64,000 bases of DNA from an uncultured archaeon (GCA_963782915.1 CAWALK010000022.1:256001-320000); one strand, 5' to 3'. Numbered from the stretch's first letter, positions 42,630-54,556 are shown. Made by a program: numbers and translations. Notes: generated from the sequence alone by a model not told the origin.

Positions 42630-43178
42630 TTGAGAATAATTTTCAAGCTTCTATTTTCGAATCTCGATGGTAGCGAAACCAGCTTCAGCTTCCACTGTGA
42701 CGTTAACCCCGCCAACAAAAGCAGCTTAATATTTAACCAGAAAGGGGTGCCTCTTTGCGCAGCCAATCTTACCGTCGGCGACAGTGTACCCACGGACGAG
42801 ACCATCATAGATGAAACCGTAAACAGGCCTTATGCGAGCGGTTTTCGGGAGACTAATCATGCCTTCTGGAACAGTTCAACTGATTGGGGTGACATCTACT
42901 TTGACGGGGAGACGGGGATGCTTGTTGAGCTCCATCGGACACATCGGTTTGTAGGTAACAGCAGCGAAGAAACTGTGGACAAGACAGACGTCATTATAAT
43001 AACTGGTACTAACCGCTGGCAAGTAACCGCCGTTGAGCAGCAGCCGTTTACACCTCTTTTCATCGCCTTAACCATTGGCATTTTCGCGTTGCTTGTATTC
43101 ATTGTGTTAATCAGCAGGTTTGTTACCAGAAAAACCCGCAATCGCCAACTCGGCAGACAGGCAGCAAATTACAAATAA
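42630..43178 (+). pseudogene. Probably 5'-truncated membrane-anchored surface protein
   Basis: No signal peptide; YFDGETGMLVE motif, C-terminal TM and basic tail; preceded by about 500 nt of AT-rich, ORF-poor DNA. Confidence 0.5.
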
Positions 43179-43218
43179 ATAGACCACCCATACTTTTTGG
43201 TTAAGGCGAAGTAGCGTT

Positions 43219-44761
43219 ATGACTGATGTCGTGTTTGTCTTTGAAGTCCATCAGCCCCACAGGCTAAGACGGAACCTGTTTTGGGAAGGAAAAGTGTTTA
43301 GGCGCCAAACCAAAGAGGAGCTATTCAACTACTATTTTGATAATGAAGTTGACCGCGAAATCTTCAAGCGTGCAGCACGTAAATGCTATTTCCCCTCAAA
43401 CCAAATAATCCTTGACGCCATAGACAGGCACAAACATGAGAAAAAACAAGCCAAATTCTCCTTCAGCTTATCAGGTGTCTACATAGAGCAGTGTGAAATG
43501 TTCGATAAGGACCTGCTTGAAACCTTCCGCCAACTCGCCGCGACAGGACGCGTAGAGTTCCTAGAGCAAACATACTACCACTCAATCGCTGGCCTCTACC
43601 CAGAAAAAGAAGAATTCATTGCCCAAGTCAAAATGCACAAGCAAATCCTAAAGGACCTACTCGGTTACACCCCAACAATTTTTGAGAACACCGAACTCCT
43701 CTATAACAACACCATCGCCAAAACAGTCGAGAGCATGGGCTACAAGGGCATCTATACTGAAGGCGTCGAAAAAATATTGGGCGAAAAATCCCCCAACTTT
43801 CTCTACACCCCAAAAGGTGCCAAAAAAATCAAGGTACTCCTGCGCAACTACAAATTAACCGACGACATCGGCTTCCGTTTTTCAGCAAGATGGTGGCCTG
43901 AGTGGCCCTTAACTGCACCCAAATATGCAGGTTGGCTAGCGACAACCAAGGGCGAATGCATCAACATATTTCCCGACTACGAAACTTTCGGGGAACATCA
44001 CTGGCCAGAAACAGGTATCCATAGCTTCCTCCAGCATCTCCCAGATGAGATTCTGAAATTCGATCATTTGCGGATGGTTACACCCTCAGAAGTTGTTGAA
44101 AAACATGCGTCTGAAGGTGAAATCGATGTGCCTGAGGCGAAGGGAACGGTTTCTTGGGCGGATGTTCAAAGAGACCAATCGGGTTGGCTTGGCAACGTTA
44201 TGCAGTGGGCATATTATACCACGTTGCGTAGGTTGGAACCGCTGGTTTTGGAGGCTGAAGACAGCGAGTTTTTGCGGTTATGGCGTGATTTCCAAACAAG
44301 CGATCACCTCTACTACATGTTTACTGCAGGCGGAGGACCTGGCGAAGTTCACTCTTACTTTAGCCCATACGAATCACCTATGGATGCTTTTGTGGCTGCG
44401 CAGACGCTACTTAACGATTTTGAAGCTCGGTTGCGACTTGCGATTTTAACTGCGAATGAGCCCTTCTTATTCCACACCAATGTAGGCAAAGAATACTTCA
44501 CAGGCATGATGGCTTGGAGTCTAAAGGGCTTCATAAAAGCGCTCAAAGAGGTTGATTTAGACGCTGTTGAGTTTCATATTGGCAACGGCGATTTTGAAAG
44601 CTGGACAAAATATTCCCTCAAAGACCCCATATTAGCTAGGCAGCATTAGCGCTCTTAAGGAACAGAAAGGCGAGAAACTGCGTCAAGCTCTCATTGAAGT
44701 CACGAAGAAACGGTTCATTACACAGAGCAAGCAGGTGATGGGTGCCACCCAGCTTTCATAA
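43219..44761 (+). CDS. GH57 family glycoside hydrolase with C-terminal DUF5752-like domain (frameshift near 44640)
   Basis: FEVHQP, QTYYHS, NTELLY, DYETFGEH, QTSDHLYYM; PFLFHT..VEFHIGNGDFESW. Confidence 0.92.
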
Positions 44762-44822
44762 TCCTCTCATATGCCTTTATAAACTAAATTGCGGTACTCT
44801 TTGGTAGTACGGTGCATTTGAT

Positions 44823-45074
44823 ATGAGAGAAGAGCTTCCGTTTCCAGACAAGGTTTTGCAGACGCTTCACAATTTATGTGCCACCGCAGCTGATTTAGCT
44901 AGACGCGGAGAAGAAGTGGCTCGGTTACTGCAGAAGGATCCAAGTGAAATCGAGAGTATACTTGACCGCTACAAGTCTGAAGGATTCGCTGAAAGCTTCT
45001 ATGATAACGAAGGCAAGAAACGTTATTATCTCAACGGACGAGGAATAATTAAAGTCTGCTCGCTCTTTACGTAG
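44823..45074 (+). CDS. Small winged-HTH protein
   Basis: EEVARLL..IESILDRYKSEGF..KRYYLNGRGII. Confidence 0.65.
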   Translation: MREELPFPDKVLQTLHNLCATAADLARRGEEVARLLQKDPSEIESILDRYKSEGFAESFYDNEGKKRYYLNGRGIIKVCSLFT

Positions 45075-45081
45075 TGAAAGC

Positions 45082-45711
45082 ATGCGTGCCATCGTTTTTT
45101 CTTGGGAGTATCCGCCTCGGGTGGTAGGACAACTTTCTGGATACGTCAAAGCATTAACGACGGAGCTTGCAAGTAACAAAGTGGATGTTAACGTTGTTAC
45201 GTATGATGACCGAGTAACGGGCGAAACAACAGAGCCAAGCGGCGTCAAAACTGTAAGAGTAAACAATCCCGTAAAAACCCACATTGGCGTACTAACTTGG
45301 GTACTCACACTAAATCAGGAAGTAGAGCGTGCTGCAGCCAACATTTACTATAACAGCCATAAAAAAATTGATTTAATAGACGTTTTTGACTGGCACTTCA
45401 TTCCAGCGGCAGTTACGCTCAAAAATGGGTTAGGCATCCCTTTTGTTTACTCAGTTGAAAGCTTAGAGGACCATCGGTCTCCAACAGCGAATTCATCTTA
45501 CAATATGGCGATTAAAAGCATAGAGTGGCTTGGATTTTACGAAGCACAGATGGCGATCGTAAAATCTGAGTGGATGAAGGATGAAATCGTTAGAATCTAT
45601 AAGGTGCCTCCAGAAAAAATCGAGGTTGTTTTAGCAGAATCTGACACCTGGATACAAGATGTCTTAGGGCTCTATGGCAAAGTCGCGGAGGCAAAGAAGA
45701 ATGCCCCATAA
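45082..45711 (+). CDS. GT4 N-terminal-domain-only protein
   Basis: FSWEYPPRVVG, IDVFDW; ends without a C-terminal nucleotide-binding domain. Confidence 0.8.
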   Translation: MRAIVFSWEYPPRVVGQLSGYVKALTTELASNKVDVNVVTYDDRVTGETTEPSGVKTVRVNNPVKTHIGVLTWVLTLNQEVERAAANIYYNSHKKIDLIDVFDWHFIPAAVTLKNGLGIPFVYSVESLEDHRSPTANSSYNMAIKSIEWLGFYEAQMAIVKSEWMKDEIVRIYKVPPEKIEVVLAESDTWIQDVLGLYGKVAEAKKNAP

Positions 45712-46927
45712 ACTCTCGGTTTTAATGTTGAGTTGGGAGTATCCCCCCCGAGTAATCGGAGGCATATCACCGCATATTTACTTCTTATCCAAATATTTAG
45801 CCCAGCAGAACGTGAAAGTATACGTAGTGACCTGCGATTTTCCAGGGGCACCCGCACACGAAGTCATCGACGGTGTAGAAGTATACCGCATCGATTCCTA
45901 CAAGAACCCCTCGCCTGACTTTGCCACTTGGGTTTACCTCATGAACATGAACATGCAAAGAGAAACTGCTGTGTTGATGAAGAAAATCTCCGCTAAAGTC
46001 GACGTAATACATGCCCATGATTGGCTCGTAGCAAACGCGGGCATCGGGTTAAAGCACATCTTTAGAAAACCCCTTCTAGTAACCATGCATTCAACCGAAA
46101 TGGGCCGACGCGACGGATTACACACCACCGCGGAAAAGATGATTCATGAAACCGAAGCCTGGCTCACCTACGAAGCTTGGAAAGTCATCTGCTGCAGCGA
46201 ATACATGATCTCCCACGTTCGATATGTCTTCGGGTTACCAAACGATAAACTCGTCATGGTACCTAACGGCGTAAACACCCACAGCTACAACGGAGACAGC
46301 GACCTCGAAACCTTCCGCGCCAAATTTGCGTTACCAGAAGAAAAAATCGTCCTATTCGTCGGCAGACTAGTATACGAAAAAGGCATTCACGTCCTCATCA
46401 ACGCCGTACCCAAAATCCTTGGCAAAGTCAACGCCAAATTCATCATTGTCGGTAGCGGCTACATGAAAGAACAACTCCTAAACATCGTGCGCAGCATGGG
46501 TTTGGAACATAAGGTGCTCTTCGAAGGCTTCCTCGATGAAGCAACATTGCTTAAGCTGCAGAAATGCGCAGATGTGTCGGTTGTGCCCTCACTGTTTGAG
46601 CCTTTTGGCATTGTGGCGTTGGAGGCTATGGCGGCGAAAAGCCCCGTTGTTGCCTCAGACACTGGCGGCTTATCAGAAATCATCGAGCATGACGTCACCG
46701 GCGTTAAAGTTTACCCAAACAACCCCGATTCACTGGCATGGGGCATCACCAAAATACTCCAAGATGAAGCATATGCCAAGCAAATCCGAGATAACGCCTA
46801 TTTGCGTGTGCTGGAACGCTATGATTGGGAAAAGATTGCCTCAGATACTAAGCATATCTATGAGGGTGTTTTGGGTGAGTACTCGAAGAGTTTCTGGGCT
46901 AAAACAACTGAGCCGGGGAATGGGTAA
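45701..46927 (+). CDS. GT4 glycosyltransferase (glycogen/alpha-glucan synthase-like)
   Basis: WEYPPRVIGG, HAHDW, FVGRLVYEKG, EPFGIVALEAM. Confidence 0.92.
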   Translation: MPHKLSVLMLSWEYPPRVIGGISPHIYFLSKYLAQQNVKVYVVTCDFPGAPAHEVIDGVEVYRIDSYKNPSPDFATWVYLMNMNMQRETAVLMKKISAKVDVIHAHDWLVANAGIGLKHIFRKPLLVTMHSTEMGRRDGLHTTAEKMIHETEAWLTYEAWKVICCSEYMISHVRYVFGLPNDKLVMVPNGVNTHSYNGDSDLETFRAKFALPEEKIVLFVGRLVYEKGIHVLINAVPKILGKVNAKFIIVGSGYMKEQLLNIVRSMGLEHKVLFEGFLDEATLLKLQKCADVSVVPSLFEPFGIVALEAMAAKSPVVASDTGGLSEIIEHDVTGVKVYPNNPDSLAWGITKILQDEAYAKQIRDNAYLRVLERYDWEKIASDTKHIYEGVLGEYSKSFWAKTTEPGNG

Positions 46928-47112
46928 GCAACAAAAAGACTATATCCCTCGTTTACTAGTACCAGTAGTTGTCTAACAGGCAAATAAGGACATGCAACGC
47001 TTTTCCAACGATTAACTTTTTGAAAGTATGCTTGCAATTTTAGCTCTGCTTCTAAGTATCATTAGCCATAGACACAACGTTTTAGGAGAGTAAAATTATT
47101 TCAAGAAAAAAC

Positions 47113-49674
47113 ATGGTTCTATTTCTAACGATTTTTCTTCTTCTCAGTTCAACATTAATCTATAATTACCAAGCACAAGCATCCATTAGCGAAATACAAA
47201 TCGATTCAGTGCCAAACTTTCCCAGCCAAATGTGCGGCTCCGCATTCATGAACAACGGCACCCTCTTCGCAGGAGACAACGATTACACCCTCTTTAGAAG
47301 CGACGATAACGGCGCAACATTCAGGCAAATCTACCAGTTTCCACTGCAACCAAACCCCAACAGCGCAGTAACAGGCTACGTCTGGACAATTTTTATAGAT
47401 TCAACAAACAACCTTTTCATCTCTATTCCCGGCACCAACCGAATGTATCGCAGCGCCAACTGGGGCACCTCCTTTAGACAGGTTCTAGTTACGAATGGAA
47501 CCCAAAACGACGGCTTCTACATAGCCATGACTGAAGACTCACAACGCAACCTCTATGCAGCCACCTACAGCAACAGCATCTACCCACAAGGCCCAGCAGT
47601 GCTAAAAAGCACAAACGGCGGCATAAGCTGGTCGATTATACACAGGTTTGCCGCTGTACACCTCCATAACATCAAATTTAACCCCGCAAACGGCTACCTA
47701 TACGTCAACACAGGCGAATGGACCAACGGCTTCAACAACGCTGAATGCGAACGAGTTTTCCGCAGCAAAGACCTCGGCCAAACATGGAACATAGCCGTAG
47801 ATCGACCCGAAGAAATGCAAGCGGAAGGCAACACTGTCTATCTTCCAATGCTGTTTAGCGGTAACTGGGTCTACTTGGGCACAGATCAAGCTTTTCAACC
47901 CAACTGGATAGACCGCTTCTACGACGACGGCTCAAACCAACCCTTCCAAACCCAAGAAGTCTACAGTTTCCCCTCTGACAGCAACTGCCCCGTATTATCC
48001 GGGGTTTGGCTAAACAGCATAATGCTGTTTGCTAGCACACCTGAATTCTACGATGGCACCACAAGAGTCATTGCATCCGAAGACGGCTTAAACTGGCAAG
48101 TCATAAAGGAAGCTACTCTTCCACAGTCGCTGCATCATACGAACTTTTTAACAGTTAACCCACGAGGCATGGTTTTTGGCTCTGACGGTCCAGGAGACAA
48201 CTTTGTTATCTCCGAAGGTGGCGTGCAGCCTCCTCCAACTCCAACGCCGACACCTACGCCAAGTCCGAGTCCAACGCCTACCGCAACTCCAACCCCGACT
48301 CCAACACCAACGCCTGGTGGTTTACTATTCCAAGACGGATTTGAAAGCGGCAACTTCAACAATTGGACCGGCACAGGCGGCTCAGGAACACACACCCAAA
48401 CCGTTGAAACAGCCAATCCACACCACGGCAGCTACGACGCCAAAATTACAATGGGCAGCAGCGGCGAAGGCTGGGCACAAAAAACCATAACCTCCTCACC
48501 AGTCGTCTATCTGCAACAATACATCAAATTAGCAAACCTGCCCTCCTCCGGAAATCGCATCTACCTTGGAACTATACAGAGCAGCAACTCAAACAATAAC
48601 GTAGACGTCTTTATCGAGAACTCAGGCGGACAATACTATTGGGGTACCTACTCCTCAATCAACGGCGCTGTCTATCATGACCGCGAATCTTCGCCAAGTA
48701 ACCCTCAGGCAGGCGTTTATTATTGTGTTGAAACCTGCCGCGATGTCACAAACAGCCGCAGTAAACTCTGGGTAGACGGTGCACTGAAAGTGGATGTGTC
48801 AAGACCGCATGTTGGAAACGCCAACAACATTTACAGTGGAATCAGCTATACCCCAAACAGCGCTACAGTGTACATTGATTGCGTTAAAGTATCAACGGCA
48901 TACATTGAACCTGAAGGCACTGGACCAACTCCAACTCCTACTCCAACGCCAACCCCGACTCCAACGCCGACTCCAACACCACCAACACCGACGCCTACAG
49001 CAACTCCGACACCAACGCCAACACCCACACCAACCCCCACCCCAAGCCCAACACCGACACCAACACCCGGCAGCTACTTATTCACCGCAGACTTTGAAAA
49101 CGGAAGCTTCAGCGAATACTCCACCATAGTCGGCACAGGCACACATACATTTACAGTAGAAACAGCCAACCCCTACCGCGGAAGCTACAACGCCAAATTC
49201 ACTACAAGTGCCTCCTCTGAATGCTGGGCAACTCACTCCATTAGCAGCAGTGCAGTAACCTACAGTCGCCAACTCATAAAACTTGGTAATCTGCCAGCGG
49301 TGGGCGGATTCATCTGTTTAGGCAGCATCCAAAACGGTGACTCCCAAAACACAGTAGATGCCTTCGTCGCCAATCGCAATGGTCAATACTATTGGGGTGT
49401 CGTTTCAGTCATCAATGGCTTCGCCACTTGGGACATGGAATCATCACCGAGCAACCCACAAGTTGGCACTTACTATACTGTGGAGTTCATGCGAGACGTA
49501 ACCAACCACAAAACTGACCTATGGGTAAACGGCGCTTTAAAACTGGATATTACACGCAATCACATTGGCAACAGTAACGTCATCTGCACAGGCATCACAT
49601 GGACGGATGCGGCTTCAACGGTTTATGTTGACTGCGTTAGAGTTAAGACCTCATACATAGGTATGGAGCCTTAA
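47113..49674 (+). CDS. Secreted modular protein: Asp-box beta-propeller, PT linkers and two homologous beta-sandwich domains
   Basis: SDDNGATF, STNGGISW, SKDLGQTW, SEDGLNW Asp-boxes; duplicated F.DGFE.G.F..VYxDCV modules. Confidence 0.85.
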   Translation: MVLFLTIFLLLSSTLIYNYQAQASISEIQIDSVPNFPSQMCGSAFMNNGTLFAGDNDYTLFRSDDNGATFRQIYQFPLQPNPNSAVTGYVWTIFIDSTNNLFISIPGTNRMYRSANWGTSFRQVLVTNGTQNDGFYIAMTEDSQRNLYAATYSNSIYPQGPAVLKSTNGGISWSIIHRFAAVHLHNIKFNPANGYLYVNTGEWTNGFNNAECERVFRSKDLGQTWNIAVDRPEEMQAEGNTVYLPMLFSGNWVYLGTDQAFQPNWIDRFYDDGSNQPFQTQEVYSFPSDSNCPVLSGVWLNSIMLFASTPEFYDGTTRVIASEDGLNWQVIKEATLPQSLHHTNFLTVNPRGMVFGSDGPGDNFVISEGGVQPPPTPTPTPTPSPSPTPTATPTPTPTPTPGGLLFQDGFESGNFNNWTGTGGSGTHTQTVETANPHHGSYDAKITMGSSGEGWAQKTITSSPVVYLQQYIKLANLPSSGNRIYLGTIQSSNSNNNVDVFIENSGGQYYWGTYSSINGAVYHDRESSPSNPQAGVYYCVETCRDVTNSRSKLWVDGALKVDVSRPHVGNANNIYSGISYTPNSATVYIDCVKVSTAYIEPEGTGPTPTPTPTPTPTPTPTPTPPTPTPTATPTPTPTPTPTPTPSPTPTPTPGSYLFTADFENGSFSEYSTIVGTGTHTFTVETANPYRGSYNAKFTTSASSECWATHSISSSAVTYSRQLIKLGNLPAVGGFICLGSIQNGDSQNTVDAFVANRNGQYYWGVVSVINGFATWDMESSPSNPQVGTYYTVEFMRDVTNHKTDLWVNGALKLDITRNHIGNSNVICTGITWTDAASTVYVDCVRVKTSYIGMEP
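48229..48315 (+). repeat. Pro-Thr linker repeat 1
   Basis: (CCN ACN)n. Confidence 0.9.
48925..49068 (+). repeat. Pro-Thr linker repeat 2
   Basis: (CCN ACN)n. Confidence 0.9.
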
Positions 49675-49706
49675 CCCCACTTTTCCCTTTTTGTTTTTAG
49701 TTTTGG

Positions 49707-51086
49707 CTATTTTCCGATTACCCGCATATTCTCAGCTATTACCCATGGAGCAATCATTGAGCCCATCTGCCGCTCGTTACCGCCGACTACAGTGATGTTT
49801 TTGAGTAACTCGAAGATGTTGCCTGCTAACATGACGCCCTTGCAGGGGTGGTCGATTGCGCCGTCTTTGATTTTCCAAGCGGGAGTTGCTACTACACTGA
49901 ATTCTCCGCTCACAGGGTTGCTGCTGTGTGCGCCTTGGAGGTAATAGATGATTAAGCCGTCGCCGACTTCAGATAGCATCTGTTCGCTGGTTTTGTTTTG
50001 GGGTATCACGTGGAAGTTGGTGGTGTCTATGCCGGGTGTTGAGAGGTAACCTGCTCTGGATGCGTTGCCTGTGCTTTCTTTGCCTTCTTTTTTGGCTGAG
50101 TAGTTGTCGTAGAGATAGTTTTTGAGGACTCCTTTTTCTATGACTGGGGTTTTTTGGTGTGGTACGCCTTCGCCGTCGAATACTGCGGTTCGGAGTCCGG
50201 TTGGGAATAAGCCGTCGTCATAGATGGTTAGGTTTTCTGAGGCGACTTGTTCACCGATTTTACCCTTAAAGGGTGACTGATTCCGTTGTACACTGTCGGC
50301 TTTAATTGCGCCCATCAAGGTGTATGCGAAGAGGTCTTGCAGTGCGTACTGGGTGAGAATGACTTTGGTTGTTTTGGTTTCGACCGGTTTTGGTTTAAGT
50401 GCGCTTGCTGCGAGTTTGGCTGCTTCTTTGCCTACCCATGTGGGGTCGAGGCTGTAGGTTCTTGCCGCGTTGAATTCGAAGCAGATGGGTGTAACTTCGC
50501 TGCCTGACTTTGCCAGCGCTGCTATGCTGCATTCTACGATGGTGCCTCTGTCGTATGCGACTATGCCGTTTGAGTTTGCGAGTGCGTTGGCTACGTATCC
50601 GCTGCCGACTCCGCCCTCGATTGGGAACACACGTTTGTCCACTTCCCCTGCTGCATCCAGCATAGTGGAGGTTACTTTGACCAGGTCCTCGGGGCTGAGT
50701 TCAACGATTTTTTCATCAAAGGTTCCTTCTGTTTGGCTGTAGGGTTTCTTTTGGGGGAGTTCATGCCAGTCCGGGTCAGATTTGCTTGCCCTTGCCGCAC
50801 TCAATGCGCGGGTTACGGCGCTATCGATTGCTTTTTTATCGTCTAAAATGTTGGTGTATGCGAAGCCGGTTGCTTTGTTTACAACGACACGGATGCCCAA
50901 TCCGCGGTCGATTATGCGGTTAGTCTTGCTGATTTGGCCCAACTCGATTCCGATGTTAGTTGCTTGCCCCTCGTAAGTGTAAGCTTCAGCTTCAGCCGCA
51001 CCCAACCGTAGGGCTGCCTTAACCGCCTCTTCTGCTAAATTGATCAGAATGTTTTTTTCAAGCACTGCCACCGACAACCACCTCAC
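49707..51086 (-). CDS. pmbA: TldE/PmbA family protein
   Basis: [30 protein letters not shown]; true start probably a little downstream of 51086. Confidence 0.92.
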   Translation of the reverse strand: MRWLSVAVLEKNILINLAEEAVKAALRLGAAEAEAYTYEGQATNIGIELGQISKTNRIIDRGLGIRVVVNKATGFAYTNILDDKKAIDSAVTRALSAARASKSDPDWHELPQKKPYSQTEGTFDEKIVELSPEDLVKVTSTMLDAAGEVDKRVFPIEGGVGSGYVANALANSNGIVAYDRGTIVECSIAALAKSGSEVTPICFEFNAARTYSLDPTWVGKEAAKLAASALKPKPVETKTTKVILTQYALQDLFAYTLMGAIKADSVQRNQSPFKGKIGEQVASENLTIYDDGLFPTGLRTAVFDGEGVPHQKTPVIEKGVLKNYLYDNYSAKKEGKESTGNASRAGYLSTPGIDTTNFHVIPQNKTSEQMLSEVGDGLIIYYLQGAHSSNPVSGEFSVVATPAWKIKDGAIDHPCKGVMLAGNIFELLKNITVVGGNERQMGSMIAPWVIAENMRVIGK

Positions 51087-52440
51087 TTAATCGTATGTGC
51101 GGTCCACCGTCACAGATAAACGCTGTCTGACCCTTCCCACAGCGGCCCGGATCAAGAGCGAAGTCTTTGCCCACAGCATCCACCTTATGCAACGTTTCGA
51201 GTGTGTTGCCGCTGATAGAGGCGTTGCGGACTGGAGCGCCGATTTCGCCGTTAACAATCTCATAGCCTTCCTGTATGCCGACTTGGAAGGTGCCGTCTAA
51301 GCTGGCTTGGCCGCCTCGGAAGCTTTTAAAGAAGTAGCCTGTTTTGACACCTTCGAGCAGTTCTTCGAGGGTTTGATCCCTGGGTGCCATGTAGGTGCAT
51401 CTCATGCGTATGATTGGTTCGACTCGGAAGTCTTCTGCTCTTGCGTTGCCTGTGGGTTCGGCATTGAATTTTTGTGCTGTATCACGGTTATGCATTAAGC
51501 CTGTGACGACGCCGTCTTTGATGAGGAGGGTTTTGTGGGTTGGGACGCCTTCGTCGTCGTATTTGAATGCGCCAAATGAGCCGGGTAGGGTGCCGTCGTC
51601 GTAGAAGGTGACGAGGTCTGAACCCAGTTTTTTGCCCATGTTGCTGGCTAACAATCCGCCGGAAAGCGCCAAATCCGCTTCTGCCAGATGACCAAAGGCT
51701 TCATGCACAAACACGCCGACCACGTTGGGGCCGAGCACAACTGGGGATTTGCCGCCTTTAGGCGACTTCGCATCCAATTGCTGCACTGCCCGAGTGGCTA
51801 CTTTCTTGCCTAACTCTTCAGGGATCTGCTCATCAAATAATTCGTAGCCTGAGGTAGAGCCGATTTCTTCGCGACTAAACGTAAACACACCATTGCTCTC
51901 TGCCGAAGCGGTGATGCGTGCCCAAACATAGAGCTTATCCTGCTCGATACTGGTGCCTTCGCTGTTGACAAAGAAGCTGCTGCCCATCAAATCCATGTAG
52001 TCAACTCCGCAGCTTTTGATGCGGCTGTCAAAGGTGAGGCTGGTTTTGTTGATGGACAGTGCGGTTTTAATTTTATCCTCCATCGTGACGTCGGAGGGGT
52101 TCTTTTTGGGTTTAGCGAACACACGGTCCTCAACGGTTTTCGCTGGAGCCAGCTTTATTGGGGTTTTTAGGCGTGTGCTCGCCAGCTTAGCCATGCGGCA
52201 GGCATCCGTAACTGCTTCCTCTAAAATCTGGGCATCCAAGGAACCCACTGAAGCGAATCCCCATGCGCCATTGACTAAGACGCGGATGGCAACGCCCGAT
52301 TCGATGCCCTGTTTGGCAGCTTCAACCCGCTCCTCCTTGAGCGTTAAGCTGGTTTTAGTTAACCGCTGCGCCCTAGCCTCAGCATACTGAGCTCCGAGGC
52401 CGGTGGCGGTGTTGTTGATTTTTGTTAGAAGGTCCTTCAA
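51058..52440 (-). CDS. tldD: TldD family metalloprotease
   Basis: [31 protein letters not shown]. Confidence 0.94.
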   Translation of the reverse strand: MKDLLTKINNTATGLGAQYAEARAQRLTKTSLTLKEERVEAAKQGIESGVAIRVLVNGAWGFASVGSLDAQILEEAVTDACRMAKLASTRLKTPIKLAPAKTVEDRVFAKPKKNPSDVTMEDKIKTALSINKTSLTFDSRIKSCGVDYMDLMGSSFFVNSEGTSIEQDKLYVWARITASAESNGVFTFSREEIGSTSGYELFDEQIPEELGKKVATRAVQQLDAKSPKGGKSPVVLGPNVVGVFVHEAFGHLAEADLALSGGLLASNMGKKLGSDLVTFYDDGTLPGSFGAFKYDDEGVPTHKTLLIKDGVVTGLMHNRDTAQKFNAEPTGNARAEDFRVEPIIRMRCTYMAPRDQTLEELLEGVKTGYFFKSFRGGQASLDGTFQVGIQEGYEIVNGEIGAPVRNASISGNTLETLHKVDAVGKDFALDPGRCGKGQTAFICDGGPHIRLSEVVVGGSA

Positions 52441-52520
52441 AGTAATCGTCCACTAAAAATTAGGTTTCTTGTGGAACTTAAACAATACGTTAAAAAATTG
52501 TTGTCGGTGTCTTGGCTGTT

Positions 52521-53811
52521 TTACCAGAAGTCGCTCATGCTCCGCTGTTGCACATGCGCAACCGGCGCTTTCACCTTAACTTTGAGCGGTTCGATGCCCA
52601 ATGCGAGTTGTCCATAGACGCCGTCGTAGCCAGGCGTAACTTTAGCCGTGCCATCGCGCACTTTAATGACTGCCTGAGCAATCGCGGGCTCTACTACAGA
52701 TGCCATCGCATCCATTGGTGCCTCGATGAGGACGCTGTATTCGTTGCCGAAACGCTCGATAAGTGCATTGTAGGGTTTCCACACTGCTTGAATAGCAGGC
52801 GAATCGGTTCCCATAACGGCGGCGATGATTTCGGAAAGCGGCAGCAAATGCATAAAGCCGGGTGCATTTTCGCGTTTGTAGTCTGCTGGGCGGTCGGCTA
52901 GTTCTTCGACGCGTTGTTCGACGCCTTTGGTTAGTTTTCGGCGGCATACTGGGCAGTTGTTGCCGAATTTTATGGCTTCCGAGGGTGCCAGAGAGATTTT
53001 GCAGTTGCGGTGCCCTGTCCAGTGGTATTTGCCATACGCTGGGTCGGTTTCGATGGTGGATTTGAAGCGTTCCGGGTCATTGTCGATTATGGCTGAAGTC
53101 ACCTGTTTATAGGTGAAGTCGGGTAGGTCGAAGACGTTGGCTTCTCTGCCTATGCGCCATGGCCAGAAACTATGGCAGTCACTGTTAGACAGCAAGCGCA
53201 TATTGGTCGAGTTTGCTTAGTCGCCAATTCATAGCTGGATCCGAAGACAACCCCGTTTCCAAAGCGTGGATATGTTTGGTCATGTCTTGGTAGCAATCCT
53301 CAACAGCGTCAAAGCCGCTGAAGGCGCCAAAGATGCTGAACCATGGTGTCCAAGCATGCGCTGGAAAAACCATGTTGTCCTCTGATACTGCCATGACTTC
53401 CTCGACAAGTTGTGGTGCGGTACAGTTGAGGATGGGTCTGCCATCGGAGGCTAAGTTGCCAAAGCGTTTGAGGCGTTCATTAATTTGGTCAGCCTCTTCA
53501 ACGCTGGGTGTGAGTATGACGTGGTGGATTTTTTTGGAGTCGCCAGAATAGTCGAAGATTGTGCAGACTTCAGTTTGAAGCATAAACCGCACAGGCGAAT
53601 CGCCGCTGACCAGTTTGAGAAGTCCCGTGTCCTGTTCGGCTGTGAGGGTTTCATTGATTTCTTTTAGCCACATAGGATGGGTGAAGTCGCCTGTTCCCAC
53701 CAAGTTGAGGCCTTTGATTTTTGCGTATTTCGCGATTTCAACTATGCTCATTTGTTCGCTGGTTGCGCGGCTGTATCGGCCGTGGATATGCAGGTCAGCT
53801 ATGACTCTCAA
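52521..53811 (-). CDS. Endonuclease Q family PHP-domain protein (frameshift near 53190)
   Basis: DLHIHGRYSRATS, GTGDFTHP, PAHAWTPW, ETGLSSD, SNSDCHS, GKYHWTGHRNC, CPVC, PGYDGVYG. Confidence 0.92.
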
Positions 53812-53882
53812 TGTTAGGGTTCGCCAAGCCTTAACGTGGCATCAGGGCATTTTAAGGCTTTGCTGACTCAACGCTATGAAGC

Positions 53883-54455
53883 TTAGGCAGGTTTTTGTTT
53901 TAGCTGTAGGGTCCACTGTGCGAGTGCTTCGAGCAGTTGGCGGATAAGCTGTCGAGTTGTTTCGTTGGTTACTTTTCCGTTTTCATCTATGTTGTGGGCT
54001 GCATCTGACATCATGATTTCGGGACGGTTAATGGGGTGCATGTTGAGAAAAACGAATGTTTGCCGCAGATGATATTGTGCTCTTCCACCGCCGAGCTTGC
54101 CTGTTGAGGCGCTCATTATGGCGACGGGTTTGCCTTCGAATGGGTTGCCTTCTTTGGGTCTCGATGCGCAGTCGATGGCGTTTTTGAGTACACCTGAAAT
54201 GGAATAATTGTATTCAGGGGATGCGATGAGCAGGGCGTCTGCTTCTCTGATTTTATTTTTGAACTCCGTTACCTTCGAAGATGGGGTAGCTTCGAGGTCT
54301 TGATTGTAGGCTGGAATGCCGTCTAAATCGAAAACTTCTATTGAAATGTTCTGCGGTGCCACTTCAACAGCGCAGCGTACGAGGGCTTTGTTGTAGGAGC
54401 CTCTGCGAAGGCTACCCGCGAAAGCTAAAACCTTAATTTGATCCACAAAAAACAC
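53883..54455 (-). CDS. NADPH-dependent FMN reductase (ChrR-like)
   Basis: GSLRRGSYN, SPEYNYSISGVLKNAID, GGGRAQYHLRQ. Confidence 0.93.
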   Translation of the reverse strand: MFFVDQIKVLAFAGSLRRGSYNKALVRCAVEVAPQNISIEVFDLDGIPAYNQDLEATPSSKVTEFKNKIREADALLIASPEYNYSISGVLKNAIDCASRPKEGNPFEGKPVAIMSASTGKLGGGRAQYHLRQTFVFLNMHPINRPEIMMSDAAHNIDENGKVTNETTRQLIRQLLEALAQWTLQLKQKPA

Positions 54456-54556
54456 CAGAGCTATAACTAATTTGAAGCTACATTGCAGATTTAAACCTGA
54501 TTGCTTTGCTTTGGCTGCAATATTCTTTTATTGCCGCAGTAAACCTAACTAGTTTT

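Noticed and set aside
48229-49068. Tandem repeats as a CRISPR or contingency locus; antisense (GV)n ORFs
   Set aside because: They are synonymous-variable Pro-Thr linker codons inside a CDS; the GV-rich ORFs are antisense shadows.
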